Below, in pieces: positions 41,876 through 54,208 of a stretch of 64,000 bases of DNA; position 1 is the first letter of the stretch; each line of letters opens with the position of its first letter. Both the position numbers and the translations under genes were made by a program. The notes under the pieces were generated by a model. That model had not been told where the DNA came from. It did not search any database and saw only the letters and a program-made list of their open reading frames with translations. The stretch spans positions 672,001-736,000 of the forward strand of contig CM000432.1 in assembly GCA_000165345.1 (NCBI GenBank), in the 5' to 3' direction.

Positions 41876-43733
41876 CTTGCACATTAACACTCGGATGACT
41901 AATGATTATTTTTGGATTAATTCTGTCGTTTTTGATTATTTGGTTCAAATCATTATTTTCAGATACACTCAAATTTGGGATAGAATTAATTATTAAATCA
42001 TTAGAAGAGTATGAGTAATTTAGATTACTATTATTTTTAATTAGTTTTGATAATACGTCTCTAAGCTGATTAAAAGAATGAAGTTTTTCATTAGAATTAG
42101 TACAGGTTGTAGCCCCAAAAGAAGATATTATTTTCGTAATTATATTCGACACTCCAGACGCTAAATCAAATTCGATATTTTGTAAAGTTTCAATTAATTT
42201 CATAGCAGAAAAATTTTGTGGGCCATTTAGTACCAAAAATTCGACTTCAGCAATTGTAAGGTAGAATTCATCAGGAATAATAAGTAGAACTCTATATTCT
42301 GGAACTTTATGCACAAAGTTATTATTCAATATATTCGAACATATTTCCACATATTTTTCATTTATTTGCGAGTATTCGTTTTGATCCAGGCCATATTCGA
42401 TACCATCCGTTTCTACAAAAATGGTTTCATCACAAGTTTTTGTTTCAGCATTTTTTCCCAAAGAATTTAAGTTAGAGTTCAATTCAATTTGATTTTTTTT
42501 GACTGAAAGCCTAACATATAAATCATTTTCTTGTAATAAAGTAGAAATATCATCATCAGTGAGTTCTTTACCAATATTTGAGATAATATCAATTAATTGA
42601 ATATATACGGGATTAACCTCAAGAGAAAGAGTAAAAGGAGTTTCAGATCCACTGCTATTATTATTAGCTTCATTGTTGATTCTAAATATTCTTGATCTTG
42701 ATACTTTATATAAAGTTTCAAATTCTGTAGTTAACATCCAAGAAGTATCAATAAGTTTTGATGATCGAATGCATTCTAAACAAAAAAAGAATTCAGATGC
42801 ATCTGATAAATATAGCAATTCAAGCAAATTTCTTAAAGATATAATATCCTTTGTAATTTGTTTGTGTTTAGACGTCATTTTATACCACAAATCTTGCGTT
42901 AATGACTCAATTTTATTTTTTAATTTTTTTGATGAGTTATATAGCAAGTCATACATGGTTAATTCAATGTTTGGATTAAATTTCAAAATTTCGTGTAGCC
43001 CTTTTTCCAATAATATTTTAATGCACTTTTGTATAACATAAAAGTATTCAGTTGCCTTTACTGACTTTTCTATTACTTTTATTTTCTGAGTAAGTTTAAA
43101 CGATTCTTCAACAATAGTATTATTTCTTGGGTATAAAAATAAATCAGTTGCCCCTAAATATCTCATGGTAATTCCGGGCCCAAAATATCCCTGATTTAGA
43201 ATTTCTGGGCGTTGTGAAATTCCTTTAATGAACCCATTTGGATTTTTGCTTTTAAATAATTGTAGAATAAACGCATCATTCCAATTTCTAACATTTAAGC
43301 TCTCTGCATTAAATAATATAATACCATCTATATGTGAAAAATCGAGCTTTTCTGATAATAGATCGGTTAATAGGATTCTTGAAGTGATAATATATATCCC
43401 ACCATTACTATAAAATGCCTTTCTTTTGTTTAAATTCATTTCTGAATTAATAGCCACAAGTTTACTAGAAAGAAGAGAACCATTTCTCGTAAATTTATCT
43501 TTATTTTTATCATGTTGCTTTTGATCCATATTTTGCACAAACAGCTTAAAAGAATCAACCTCAGGTACTGATAAGTTTAAAATAAAAATAGAATTCCCTG
43601 AATTGATTTCTGTGTTAGTCAAGTAGTTGTAGATGATATTAAAAATACCAAGGCCTTTACTTAGGATGATTAGGCAAGACTTGTGATTATTAATATCATT
43701 TAGTATTGATTTTTGAAAAGGTAATAGCTGCAT
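41876..43733 (-). CDS. XPF: XPF/ERCC4 5' exon: SF2 helicase-like N-terminal domain
   Basis: MQLLPFQKSIL...LIILSKGLGIF fits the XPF N-terminal LxYQ motif. The exon ends at CAAG|GTAAGA, a phase-1 donor just before the in-frame TAA at 41838. Confidence 0.8.
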
Positions 43734-43882
43734 TTTTCCCCATTAAAAATATATTCAAGAGATATGAATAAATATAATATCTGTGGTTTAACATAGTACA
43801 ATTTTTAATAGTATACTTATTAAACAATGGCAATAAGTTACAAAATAAAATTCTAATTCAAATACGAATTTTACCAAAAATC

Positions 43883-43954
43883 AGCCCACGCAGGGGATTG
43901 AACCCTGGATATTTCGCTTACGAAGCGAACGCATTACCACTATGCTACGGAGGC
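43883..43954 (-). tRNA. tRNA-Thr (anticodon CGU)
   Basis: A cloverleaf was folded by hand on the minus strand. The D arm is GCAT/ATGC. The anticodon stem TTCGC/GCGAA closes the loop TTCGTAA. The T arm is CAGGG-TTCAATC-CCCTG. The acceptor stem has one C5:U68 mismatch. The discriminator is U. A downstream T-tract (GATTTTTGG) follows. Confidence 0.65.
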
Positions 43955-44207
43955 TAACTAGGTGTGCACTGGGAATTAAAAGCTAATTAATGAAAGCAAA
44001 AATTAATATTCAGTAGATTTTATGTACATAACTATCAGATTTTATCTAATAAAATATTTTTTTTTTTTAGGCAGCGGTACTAATGTTAAGTGCCGATCTA
44101 CAGAAATAACTTGTTGGCTACAAAAAAGTTTAATACAAATTAAATTATTCAAAATGGATACTTCAATATTCGAATAACTTTAATTTGCAGCCGTCACACA
44201 GTGAGTT

Positions 44208-44282
44208 TCTCCTGTAGCTCAGCTCGGTTAGAGCGTCGGTCTTATGAGCCGAAGGTCGCGAGTTCGATCCTCGCCGGGAGAA
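44208..44282 (+). tRNA. tRNA-Ile (anticodon UAU)
   Basis: A cloverleaf was folded by hand. The acceptor is TCTCCTG/CGGGAGA. The D arm is GCTC-AGCTCGGTTA-GAGC. The anticodon stem TCGGT/GCCGA closes the loop CTTATGA. The T arm is GCGAG-TTCGATC-CTCGC. The discriminator is A. It is followed by TTTTTTT. Confidence 0.75.
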
Positions 44283-44405
44283 TTTTTTTCATAGTCTTTG
44301 CAAGAAAATAAAAAAAATTGACATTAATTCCTTAATGAATAAACGAGCGATGAGACTATAGCAATTGGCAAGAATAGATATTGGTTTCAATAAGAAAAAG
44401 CGTTC

Positions 44406-45663
<1,258 letters not shown>

Positions 45664-45786
45664 CTTTGAAGCACATCATCTCCTAAATAAAAAATAAACC
45701 TCGTTTCTTCATAGCTTAATATGGATTTTTAGGAAGTTAATTTTACTTGTTTAAGCGACGTTTATAGTATATTTTTGTTTACTTAC

Positions 45787-45890
45787 CTATTAAATACTTT
45801 ATCCTGAGTTGCTTCTATTATTGCTTCGTAATAGCTGGGATCGACTTCAGCATCCGAGTCCATGTAATATCCTGTATTACGTAGAAGCAT
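45787..45890 (-). CDS. RhoGAP-domain protein, predicted 5' exon (MLLRNTGYYMDSDAEVDPSYYEAIIEATQDKVFN..) ending at AATAG|GTAAGT. The intron is 45664-45786 (123 nt).
   Basis: The ATG at 45890 is preceded by in-frame stops. The phase-2 GTAAGT donor pairs with the phase-compatible acceptor ..ttcaaag|G at 45664, which joins to ..R-PVIMLVSCFLPP. An alternative is no intron and a start at the internal Met (MLVS). Confidence 0.45.
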
Positions 45891-46215
45891 AATAATTGGT
45901 TACTAATATATGAGAATGTTTGCTTTATTTTTGCCGAATGATTTTTTATTCCAAATAATTGCATTACTTATTAGATATTAACATGTTTCTACATTCCCGT
46001 CATGTCTTGGCAATATTGTTTCGACTAAATGTATTCAAATGGCCCGTGATAATAATGCCAAGAAAACTATTTATATTTTGCACATAACAATTCGTTTTCA
46101 ATGTTATTGGTAGATTTAGTTCAATATCTTTTTATAAATGACTTATTTTCAGGCGGTATTACAAATCATTTCGACTGGGCTTAGTATGATATATAAATGA
46201 ATTAGTACGCTTATA

Positions 46216-47592
46216 TTGCATTTCGTATGTTACGATCTTTACCTGAATATGATTTTTAATTCTTTCAAAATTTGGAAGGAAGAGAGAAAAAGTACAATAG
46301 GATTTTTTCATCCTCAGTGTGGTAACTTTGGTGGGGGCGAAAAGGTATTATGGTGTATTATATATGAAGTTCTAAATGCCAATATAAAAAACAAGGTTGT
46401 GATATATTCTACTTGTAAACTTGATAAGACTGAACTTGTCAAGAAAGTTGAGAGTTTATTTAGAATCCCTTTAAACCGTCCCGAGTTTGTTTACAGGATT
46501 AAAATCGTCGAATTAAAGTTAGGGTTTCTTTTACAACTTGCATTTTTTAGACTCTGGAGTGTGAACTTAGCAGCTTTAATTGTTTCTCTGGAGGGTTTAT
46601 TATTTAGCTGGCCATTTCCGGAAGTTTTTGTAGAAACAGCAGGATTCCCGTTTGCACTAATACCAGCAAGAGTTCTCCCAACAACTAAACATATTTCAAC
46701 ATATATTCATTATCCTCAAGTTAGAAAAGAAAATATTGAAAGTGAAAAGGAAAGGAATATTCTAAGATATTTTTATTTAAAACTATTCTTGTTTGTTTAT
46801 AAACTTAGTATTGGTCTTGCAAACAAGGTTGTTGTAAATTCAAATTGGACGTTTAATAAGCTTAATGAGCTTTGGGAGAAAAATTCTATTGAAATGAGTG
46901 TTTGCTACCCACCTATAAATATAGATCATTCACTAAATAAATTAGTAGATCCAAAACTAAGAAAAAATGTGATTATTTCACTTTCACAATTTAGGGTTGA
47001 AAAAAATCACTTTGTACAAATACGAATTTTCTCTGGGGTGCTTAAAAGGATCAAGGAAATTATTAATAGAGCGAGCAAAGAAGAGAAAATTAGGCTTGAA
47101 AAAATATATGAAGAAATAAGGTTTAAAATGTGTGGAACTTCACAGAATTCAAATCCTAAATACAATGATTATCTAAATTCCCTTAAACAAATGATAGTAG
47201 ATGAGAAGCTTGAAGAGAAGTTAGAGCTAGTTATTGATTCAAGCTCAACAGAGTTGCAGAATATTATGAGAACATCAAGGTTTGCAATCCACACAATGGA
47301 AGATGAACATTTTGGTATCTGCGTTGCAGAATTCGTCTGCTCCGGCTTGTTAACGTTCGCACACAAGTCAGGAGGGCCTGAGAAAGACATCCTAACGAGA
47401 TTCGATGGACAAGATGTCGGGTTCTTGGCATCGAACATCCAGGAGTTTGTGGAAAAACTTGCACATGCAATCATTTACTATGAAGACCCAGCTATTCAAG
47501 GCATTTTAAACAATGCACTTAAGTCAGTATTTGAAAGGTATCAGGATAATATCTCGTTCGGAAAGACATGTTGGAGAGCTCTAAATATATAA
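46216..47592 (+). CDS. ALG11: ALG11-type GDP-Man:Man3GlcNAc2-PP-dolichol alpha-1,2-mannosyltransferase (GT4)
   Basis: IGFFHPQCGNFGGGEKVLW matches the ALG11 N-terminal signature FFHPYCNAGGGGERVLW. The C-terminal EHFGICVAEFVCSGLLTFAHKSGGP fits GT4 EX7E-type motifs. The likely start is the Met at 46249. Confidence 0.8.
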   Translation: MHFVCYDLYLNMIFNSFKIWKEERKSTIGFFHPQCGNFGGGEKVLWCIIYEVLNANIKNKVVIYSTCKLDKTELVKKVESLFRIPLNRPEFVYRIKIVELKLGFLLQLAFFRLWSVNLAALIVSLEGLLFSWPFPEVFVETAGFPFALIPARVLPTTKHISTYIHYPQVRKENIESEKERNILRYFYLKLFLFVYKLSIGLANKVVVNSNWTFNKLNELWEKNSIEMSVCYPPINIDHSLNKLVDPKLRKNVIISLSQFRVEKNHFVQIRIFSGVLKRIKEIINRASKEEKIRLEKIYEEIRFKMCGTSQNSNPKYNDYLNSLKQMIVDEKLEEKLELVIDSSSTELQNIMRTSRFAIHTMEDEHFGICVAEFVCSGLLTFAHKSGGPEKDILTRFDGQDVGFLASNIQEFVEKLAHAIIYYEDPAIQGILNNALKSVFERYQDNISFGKTCWRALNI

Positions 47593-47727
47593 CTTAAAAT
47601 ATAGAAAAGCAAGATGTCGTAGACATCGCTCTATTATTAGTCGTTTAGAATACTATAAAAAAATTAATTAAATGATAGCAATTCATATGATAACATCGGT
47701 ATCAAACACTGCGCAATTTGTTGCTGT

Positions 47728-49836
47728 TTACCATGCATCATCGTGATCAAAGTCTCTGTTGGAAACTTTAGAGTGCGAAGCATTATTCCCGTTCCCAGCT
47801 ACCCCATTGTAAGAGTGGTTCACTGGACCCTTTCTGTTTCTCCATTGCTCGTTATTAGAACCTTGGTTTCCAGAACTTGAGTTATTACCAGAATAGCCAT
47901 AGCTAGAATTAACAGAGCTACAATTACTTCCTCCCTGATTACTTCTAATATCTACACTTCCAAAACTGTGTAACCCTCTATTTCCTCTTTGAGAACTAGA
48001 TACCCCGCCCTTGTTGAATCTGTTACCATACCTTCCGAACGAGGCTGTGCATGACTTAACCATGTCTTGGAACCATTCAGGGGCATCCTGACCACTTTCT
48101 TCTAATGCTGCAAGTAAGTCTCTTAATATAGGCTTATTACTTTCATTGACAAAAGACGTGGCTAAGCCCGTGTTTCCGGCTCTGCCAGTTCTACCTATTC
48201 TGTGCACATAGTCATCTATGTTGCAGGGCATGTCCAAATTAATTACGTGCGTAATATTAGGGATGTCAAGCCCACGAGCAGCAACATCAGTAGCCACTAG
48301 GATCGGTCTTTGACCGCTCCTAAAAAGCCTTAGTGCATGCTCACGTTCCTGTTGCGATCTATCCCCGTGAATAGAGACAGCAGGGAAGTTTTGATCAATA
48401 AGGAAGTCTTCTATTTGATCTGCTCTGCGCTTCATTTCAACAAAAACGACGGTTAGACCCTCACCCTGCTCTAATAGAAGTTTAACTAGTAAACGGGGTT
48501 TGTGGTCTTCCTCAGCATATACAACACGTTGAACAATAGAACCGCTAGTTGCGCCAACCCTTCCAACAGTCAAAAAAATGTAGTTGTGTAAGAAGTCCTT
48601 TGCAAGTTGTTGTATTTCGCGTGGGAAAGTGGCACTGAACATAACAGTCTGTCTACCATCAAGACTATGAGGCATTTCAGAATCCTCTACAATTTCCCGT
48701 ATTTGAGGAGCAAAACCCATATCAAGCATTCTGTCAGCTTCGTCTAGAATCAAAAATTTGATTAATTTGAGATTAACTTTTCCCCTATCAATTAAATCTC
48801 TAAGTCTTCCCGGAGTCGCTACTATAATATCTGAACCCCTGTCTAAGTCCATTATTTGACTTCTAACTTCGCTTCCACCATATAATACATTAGTTCGAAT
48901 TCCAGTTCCAAAGCAGAACTTCCTAGATTCCTCATAAGTTTGAATAGCAAGTTCACGTGTCGGAGATAGAACAAGAGCAACTGGGTATGCCATTCTCTTT
49001 ATTCTAAGAGAAGATTGTTGAGGGGTTGGAGGGGGGCCGTCGTTTAGCATTTTCATTACTATTGGAAATAGAAATGCCGCTGTTTTGCCAGATCCAGTCT
49101 GAGCGCATGCCATTAAGTCTCTCCCGTTTAAAACAGTCGGTATGGAGAACTTCTGAACTGGAGTAGGTCTTTCATATTTAACTCTTCTAATGTTATCTAA
49201 TAATATTTCGTGTATTCCTTCAAGCTCCATGAAACTTTGCATTGGCTTGATTTTGTTTGTATCAGAGCCTGTCATTTCCACTGGAATATTATCGTATGCA
49301 TCAAAATTAATCCCTGCTCTGTGTTCTTTTGACTTTGAAAATATTTTGTCTTCATCATCTCGATAAAGTGATCTGCCATCTCTTACGTCCCATCCAGTAC
49401 CTGAAACGCCAATACGATTTCTGTAGTACTTATTGTAGCCCCTTTCCTGAGGTTTTTCATTTAGGTTGACAAATCTATCGTTATTACCACCCGTAACTGC
49501 ATTATATTGGTACTTCGAGTTAGAGGCGTTTGATTGCCTCTCTCCCAACGCACTAAATCGATCCATACTTACGTTTGATTCATTAAAAGAATTGTTGTGT
49601 TTTCTGAAGCCTAAATTACTAGCCTGATCATTACGCTTACCATCTATATTATTTCTACTAGAATTATTTCTTTGACTATTGTAGGAATTAGCTTGATTTC
49701 CTGTAAAGCTCGCCAAATTAGAATTAGGATCTTCTCTTAACCCTTGTTGCCTTCTATGTGGAGGGATATATGCCCCATCCTTCCGGCGTTCAACATTCTG
49801 TTGTAGATCACGAGTGCCTATCTCCTTTTCAGACAT
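47728..49836 (-). CDS. DEAD-box ATP-dependent RNA helicase, DDX3/Ded1 subfamily
   Basis: A Q-motif and PTPVQK, AQTGSGKTAAF (motif I), DEAD, SAT, HRIGRTGRAGNTG (motif VI) are present. Both termini are N/S/G/R-rich and low-complexity, typical of Ded1/DDX3. Confidence 0.9.
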   Translation of the reverse strand: MSEKEIGTRDLQQNVERRKDGAYIPPHRRQQGLREDPNSNLASFTGNQANSYNSQRNNSSRNNIDGKRNDQASNLGFRKHNNSFNESNVSMDRFSALGERQSNASNSKYQYNAVTGGNNDRFVNLNEKPQERGYNKYYRNRIGVSGTGWDVRDGRSLYRDDEDKIFSKSKEHRAGINFDAYDNIPVEMTGSDTNKIKPMQSFMELEGIHEILLDNIRRVKYERPTPVQKFSIPTVLNGRDLMACAQTGSGKTAAFLFPIVMKMLNDGPPPTPQQSSLRIKRMAYPVALVLSPTRELAIQTYEESRKFCFGTGIRTNVLYGGSEVRSQIMDLDRGSDIIVATPGRLRDLIDRGKVNLKLIKFLILDEADRMLDMGFAPQIREIVEDSEMPHSLDGRQTVMFSATFPREIQQLAKDFLHNYIFLTVGRVGATSGSIVQRVVYAEEDHKPRLLVKLLLEQGEGLTVVFVEMKRRADQIEDFLIDQNFPAVSIHGDRSQQEREHALRLFRSGQRPILVATDVAARGLDIPNITHVINLDMPCNIDDYVHRIGRTGRAGNTGLATSFVNESNKPILRDLLAALEESGQDAPEWFQDMVKSCTASFGRYGNRFNKGGVSSSQRGNRGLHSFGSVDIRSNQGGSNCSSVNSSYGYSGNNSSSGNQGSNNEQWRNRKGPVNHSYNGVAGNGNNASHSKVSNRDFDHDDAW

Positions 49837-50650
49837 TTCTTTGAATTTACTTATTGTTTAATTTAATTAAAAAGACGATACCAAAAGGAGCGAGCGGATA
49901 AATGTTACTTTAGAGCGGTGTCTTATTTATTTTTTTTGTATATTTGAAAAAATGTGTAAAAATATTCATTTAACAAAGGGAATGATGTCGACTTACCAGA
50001 GCCGAATGTTTGATATCGGTAGCAAGATTTCAGATCTTTCAATCTCTTTGAAGATTAGTTTTTTGTCATATTGTTGATTAGTTAATATCCCGCCAATCAA
50101 AATGTTGTTTCCGCATGGAACAAGTATTATTTGCAAAATTATTCTTCCAAGTTAAAGTTGTTTGTGTTTATTCAGCTTTATTGTTTCATAGCGAGCATTC
50201 AGAAGAATCCACTCTTAGAGCTCTATTTAGATTTTTGGTAATTTTTTTTTGTTAAAAATAATTGGAGCAAAAAAAAAAAGATCACTTCGTTCTTAAGGTA
50301 TTAACTCCAAAATAATTTTTGTTCATATAAACTAATCTTAATTTTTACAAGTTAATCTTCGATGAATCAGGTTATCACCGAGAATTCTACCCCAGATCCG
50401 TATCCTGAGAAGTTAGGGATCATCTCATCGATTCCCAATAATTTAACGCCAGTAGACTGGGCGAGATTAAATAAGGAAGCGTTTTTACTTAATAATCAAG
50501 TTCAATTAAATAAGGAGGGAAAAATTTGCACACACATATTGTATACATGTATTCCAAAAGGAATGTTGGAAGAAAGGTACAGAGAGAGACAACAAAATAA
50601 ATTGAGTTACATTAATAAGTGAAATTTAGAAACGGAACGAAATGCAGTGG

Positions 50651-51466
50651 TTAGACACCCTGCATTACATCAATAAACTTCTTTAGTAGTAGTGCAAGTT
50701 CATCCGCAATACTATTTTCTTCAAAAGTATCTGCAGTCCTTTTTAAAAGATAATCAGCATCACTACTTAATTTTTTAAATATTTTGCGGGAGTTCTCCCA
50801 TGATTTTGTTTGGCTATTAAGCATATTCATAAGCGAATCCGTTGATTTTGCCACATTTTCCAATACTTGGAAATTAGTGACAAACCTATCATCTAGGCGA
50901 TTAATTTTGCTCTCTAAAAGGCCAACCTTTTCTTCCAACAGATTAATTTTGTCCTTTTGATTCTCTATTAAATGTGCCAAGGTTGTAATGTGCCCAGTGC
51001 TAACTTCCAGATTTTTTTCTAGAGAATGAATTTCGCTACTTTTTAGTGAGAAATTTTCTTTGCCATGAATAATGTGATCTTCTATTTCTTTAACTTTTGA
51101 CTGTATTTCCGTTTGATTTTTGAAATGCTCATAAATATATTTTTGCATTGTTTTCCATTCTCTATTTAGGAATTCTTCATTAGTAATATTGTTTTCTTCA
51201 CATATCGGACTATCATTGACTTCAGAAGTTTTTTTTGAATTTGATCCAGCACCAAATTTATTTAAAAATGATTGTTGCATATCGTTAATACAGTTTTTTA
51301 AAGCATTTAGTTCATTTGATAGCTTTTTAATCTCTAAATCATAACTTTCCTGAATCACATTTTCCTTCCCCTTAGAAGATGCAACTACAGCAGCAGCAAA
51401 CGCTTCTGCAATTTGAGTGTTGCAGAATGCAGTTTTAACTGTCGCTGTAACATCGTTTATGTCCAT
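50651..51466 (-). CDS. Coiled-coil protein, function unknown (271 aa)
   Basis: An intact ORF with heptad-like L/E/K periodicity (LEEKVGLLESKINRLDDRF). Confidence 0.5.
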   Translation of the reverse strand: MDINDVTATVKTAFCNTQIAEAFAAAVVASSKGKENVIQESYDLEIKKLSNELNALKNCINDMQQSFLNKFGAGSNSKKTSEVNDSPICEENNITNEEFLNREWKTMQKYIYEHFKNQTEIQSKVKEIEDHIIHGKENFSLKSSEIHSLEKNLEVSTGHITTLAHLIENQKDKINLLEEKVGLLESKINRLDDRFVTNFQVLENVAKSTDSLMNMLNSQTKSWENSRKIFKKLSSDADYLLKRTADTFEENSIADELALLLKKFIDVMQGV

Positions 51467-51571
51467 TTTATAAGGTTATTATGAAGAACAGTGCTTATTA
51501 ATAACTAATTTCGTGGCGCCTCAGCCTCACGCCTGTAGTTTGCCACATGCAATAAATTACGCAATGTAAAT

Positions 51572-52726
51572 TTATTTTTCTAAATGCTCGCTTTCTTTAA
51601 GTTGATACATGACATATCTAAACCAGTGTGATTGAGAGAATGATTTGGGAATTTTATTATAATCCTTAGTTTTAATATATGTAATGGAACATTTTTTGTC
51701 AAGCAGAACAGTCGCAATCATTCGCATGCTTGTATAAATATATGTAATAATAAGCTCCGCATGATCTGCATCTAGTTTAAAATATCTAACATAGTCCGAA
51801 TAGTTAGACAAAAAATTTGAAAGTTTCCTGCCATGTCTCTTATAATGGAAGATCCTATCACTTTTTCCACTAAGAATAAAGTACTTTGTTGTTTTCTTTC
51901 CGATCAATGAATCATCCAATACATCCTCCAGATAATTTTTCCAAAAAAAGGACGGTGCATTAAGAACAACGACTTTCATATTTTCTTTGATTAATAGCGA
52001 AGCAAGGGCAATATTCAATGTTCCGATACATAATCCATATGCTCCTGTATCAGAAAGTGAAGGAATTACGCCTATACGGAACAATTTGTTGATGAAAGCA
52101 GCAGAGCTCACTGCAGGTATGATAATATCTTTTTTTTTAGGCTTGCTGATCCAGTATCTAACCATTTTCTTGGAAAAATAAAGGTCGTTGGATCCATGAT
52201 AAACAAGATAGAACCAGTTAAGAAAAATGAATTGTGTCGAATTTACAATTTCCAGGCCATAGATGCTTGAAATGTAGTTGATATATTTCCTAAAAAATTT
52301 AAGAGATTCTTCTGAACACGCATGAGTGCTCAATCCACCCAGCGAGACTATAATCGTATATTTCGGAGGTAAACTTTTGTGAACAAAATGACCGCAGGTA
52401 TTTATTATCCTTGGTCCATGTTTGGCTTTGACTTTAATATTTTCAAAATCAGAATTAATATAATCTCCATAGAATGCTAGCTTGACTTTAATATCAAGCG
52501 TGTAGTCGCTTGTAGAGTAAAAAGGTTCATTAGGAAAATGGTTCGGTAAGGGAATATCTGAGCTGTCAGCCCTTTCCCTAAGTAAAAATGTTCTCGAGTT
52601 TTTTTCTTCAACAGGGACTACTTCTCTATAACCAGGTTGAAAAGGATTTTGGGTAAGACAACTATTTGGAGTGAATTGACTTATGAAGACGATAACAATG
52701 ACTAATTTCGCGAGTCTTACGAGCAT
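51572..52726 (-). CDS. Secreted alpha/beta-hydrolase-fold protein with a putative Cys-Asp-His triad (dienelactone-hydrolase-like), paralog A
   Basis: The N-terminal signal peptide is MLVRLAKLVIVIVFISQF. Conserved blocks shared with the ORFs at 53026-54018 and 55727-56851 are PKYT, GVIPS, G-x-C-x-G-(G/T) (here YGLCIGT), an acidic SD, and a C-terminal His (DADHAE). Confidence 0.65.
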   Translation of the reverse strand: MLVRLAKLVIVIVFISQFTPNSCLTQNPFQPGYREVVPVEEKNSRTFLLRERADSSDIPLPNHFPNEPFYSTSDYTLDIKVKLAFYGDYINSDFENIKVKAKHGPRIINTCGHFVHKSLPPKYTIIVSLGGLSTHACSEESLKFFRKYINYISSIYGLEIVNSTQFIFLNWFYLVYHGSNDLYFSKKMVRYWISKPKKKDIIIPAVSSAAFINKLFRIGVIPSLSDTGAYGLCIGTLNIALASLLIKENMKVVVLNAPSFFWKNYLEDVLDDSLIGKKTTKYFILSGKSDRIFHYKRHGRKLSNFLSNYSDYVRYFKLDADHAELIITYIYTSMRMIATVLLDKKCSITYIKTKDYNKIPKSFSQSHWFRYVMYQLKESEHLEK

Positions 52727-53025
52727 TTTTTAAGAAAAGCTGACAAGTAACTGTATGGCGGTATCTTCCTGCTATCTTAGTAAAAAAAAAAAAACGAATA
52801 GTGAAAGAAATAAACGCAAAATAAAAAACTAATTGTTTTAGTTATGAGAAAGCAGTATAATGAATACTTGCATCTATTACTATGGTTAAGAAAGTACTTC
52901 TTAATAGAGAAGTTTCATATTTGTTTTCAATCATTAAAGCCGCCTGCGGAAAGCGTATAAGTACATAAAATCTTTCTTCAAATATTTGAATACCAAACTC
53001 AAAATATTTGCAATTAAAATAGCAA

Positions 53026-54018
53026 TCATTTAGTGCTATTAAAACTTTGAATATCATCATTAGGTGTTACTTTAGGAACAATGGGAACAATTTCTGAGAT
53101 ATTTTCAACTCTCCTTTTAGTTTTTGCAATCAATTTAGTGTTATAAGAATCTTCGAGGCGGAATATTTCCTGCCTTTTAAGGAGAACAGATGCAATGAAT
53201 CTGAAACCTGTATATAAATGCTTTGCCATGACAGAGAAGTGCCCACCTTTTGTTTTATGTAGTAACACATTTTTGGCACCCCAATCTCTAAGAATGGACT
53301 CGGTTACAGATGCAAATTTGTGGTAGATTATCTTATCTTCATCGCCTTGAACTAACAAAAAAGAAGTACTTATAGCAGACTTTCTAAGTATCTTCCTCCT
53401 AATTAAGTCAGGATGTAATAAAGCAGAGTTGCATGTTGCAACTGCTCCAATATTTGATTTCATTCCAAGGGCCGCAGCAATACCAATAATACCACCCAGA
53501 CAATTTCCCTGTATACCTGTATTTTCAAGTGAAGGAATAATACCTTGCCTTACCAAGCTATTTATGAAGGCAATTAAACTCAATACCTGTAAGATGTATT
53601 GTTCAGCAGAAGGTCTTCCTGCTTTGAATGTGGTAATAGTCTCATTTGGTATTTCTTCAGTAAAAGGGAGAAATTCTTTGTGCCAGTTTGGAGCAATTAG
53701 TTGAACATTATTACTATAATCCTGATCGTAGTGATCTAGGTGGCGTACCATTCTGACAAAAAATTTTGAGGTTAACCGATATAGAGTGCTACTGTCAACT
53801 ACAAATCCATGCATAAATATAACAGTATATTTAGGAGTTTCTGAGCGAGACAAGTGTCCAAATGTACCAAGTCTTAATGGCCGTAAATCACTTATCTTTC
53901 TCAAATATCTATAATCAGAGCCAACAACTTCGACAGTATCATCAGGCAAATTCAGTCTGCCACAAATACTCATAAACAGCTGCAAAAATATAATGAGGAA
54001 CGACACAGCTATACCCAT
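53026..54018 (-). CDS. Secreted alpha/beta-hydrolase-fold protein with a putative Cys-Asp-His triad (dienelactone-hydrolase-like), paralog B
   Basis: The signal peptide is MGIAVSFLIIFLQLFMSICG. VIFMHGF is an HG oxyanion motif. VRHLDHYD, GIIPS, QGNCLGG (a nucleophile elbow with Cys), GDEDK and GGHFS (C-terminal His) are present. Confidence 0.7.
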   Translation of the reverse strand: MGIAVSFLIIFLQLFMSICGRLNLPDDTVEVVGSDYRYLRKISDLRPLRLGTFGHLSRSETPKYTVIFMHGFVVDSSTLYRLTSKFFVRMVRHLDHYDQDYSNNVQLIAPNWHKEFLPFTEEIPNETITTFKAGRPSAEQYILQVLSLIAFINSLVRQGIIPSLENTGIQGNCLGGIIGIAAALGMKSNIGAVATCNSALLHPDLIRRKILRKSAISTSFLLVQGDEDKIIYHKFASVTESILRDWGAKNVLLHKTKGGHFSVMAKHLYTGFRFIASVLLKRQEIFRLEDSYNTKLIAKTKRRVENISEIVPIVPKVTPNDDIQSFNSTK

Positions 54019-54208
54019 TACCTTAGATTTCGTTTTTCATAGGTAATCTTGTTAGTGTATCCAATAATGGGCGCCAACTCGCAGGATGCTTCGAACAAAT
54101 AAAATTTTTAGTCAAATTCGAAAAAATATTTAATCTTGTCAACCTACTATTGAAATAATAAATTTTATATTCTACTTAAATTTAAGTGTTCGTATATTCA
54201 AAGTAGTT

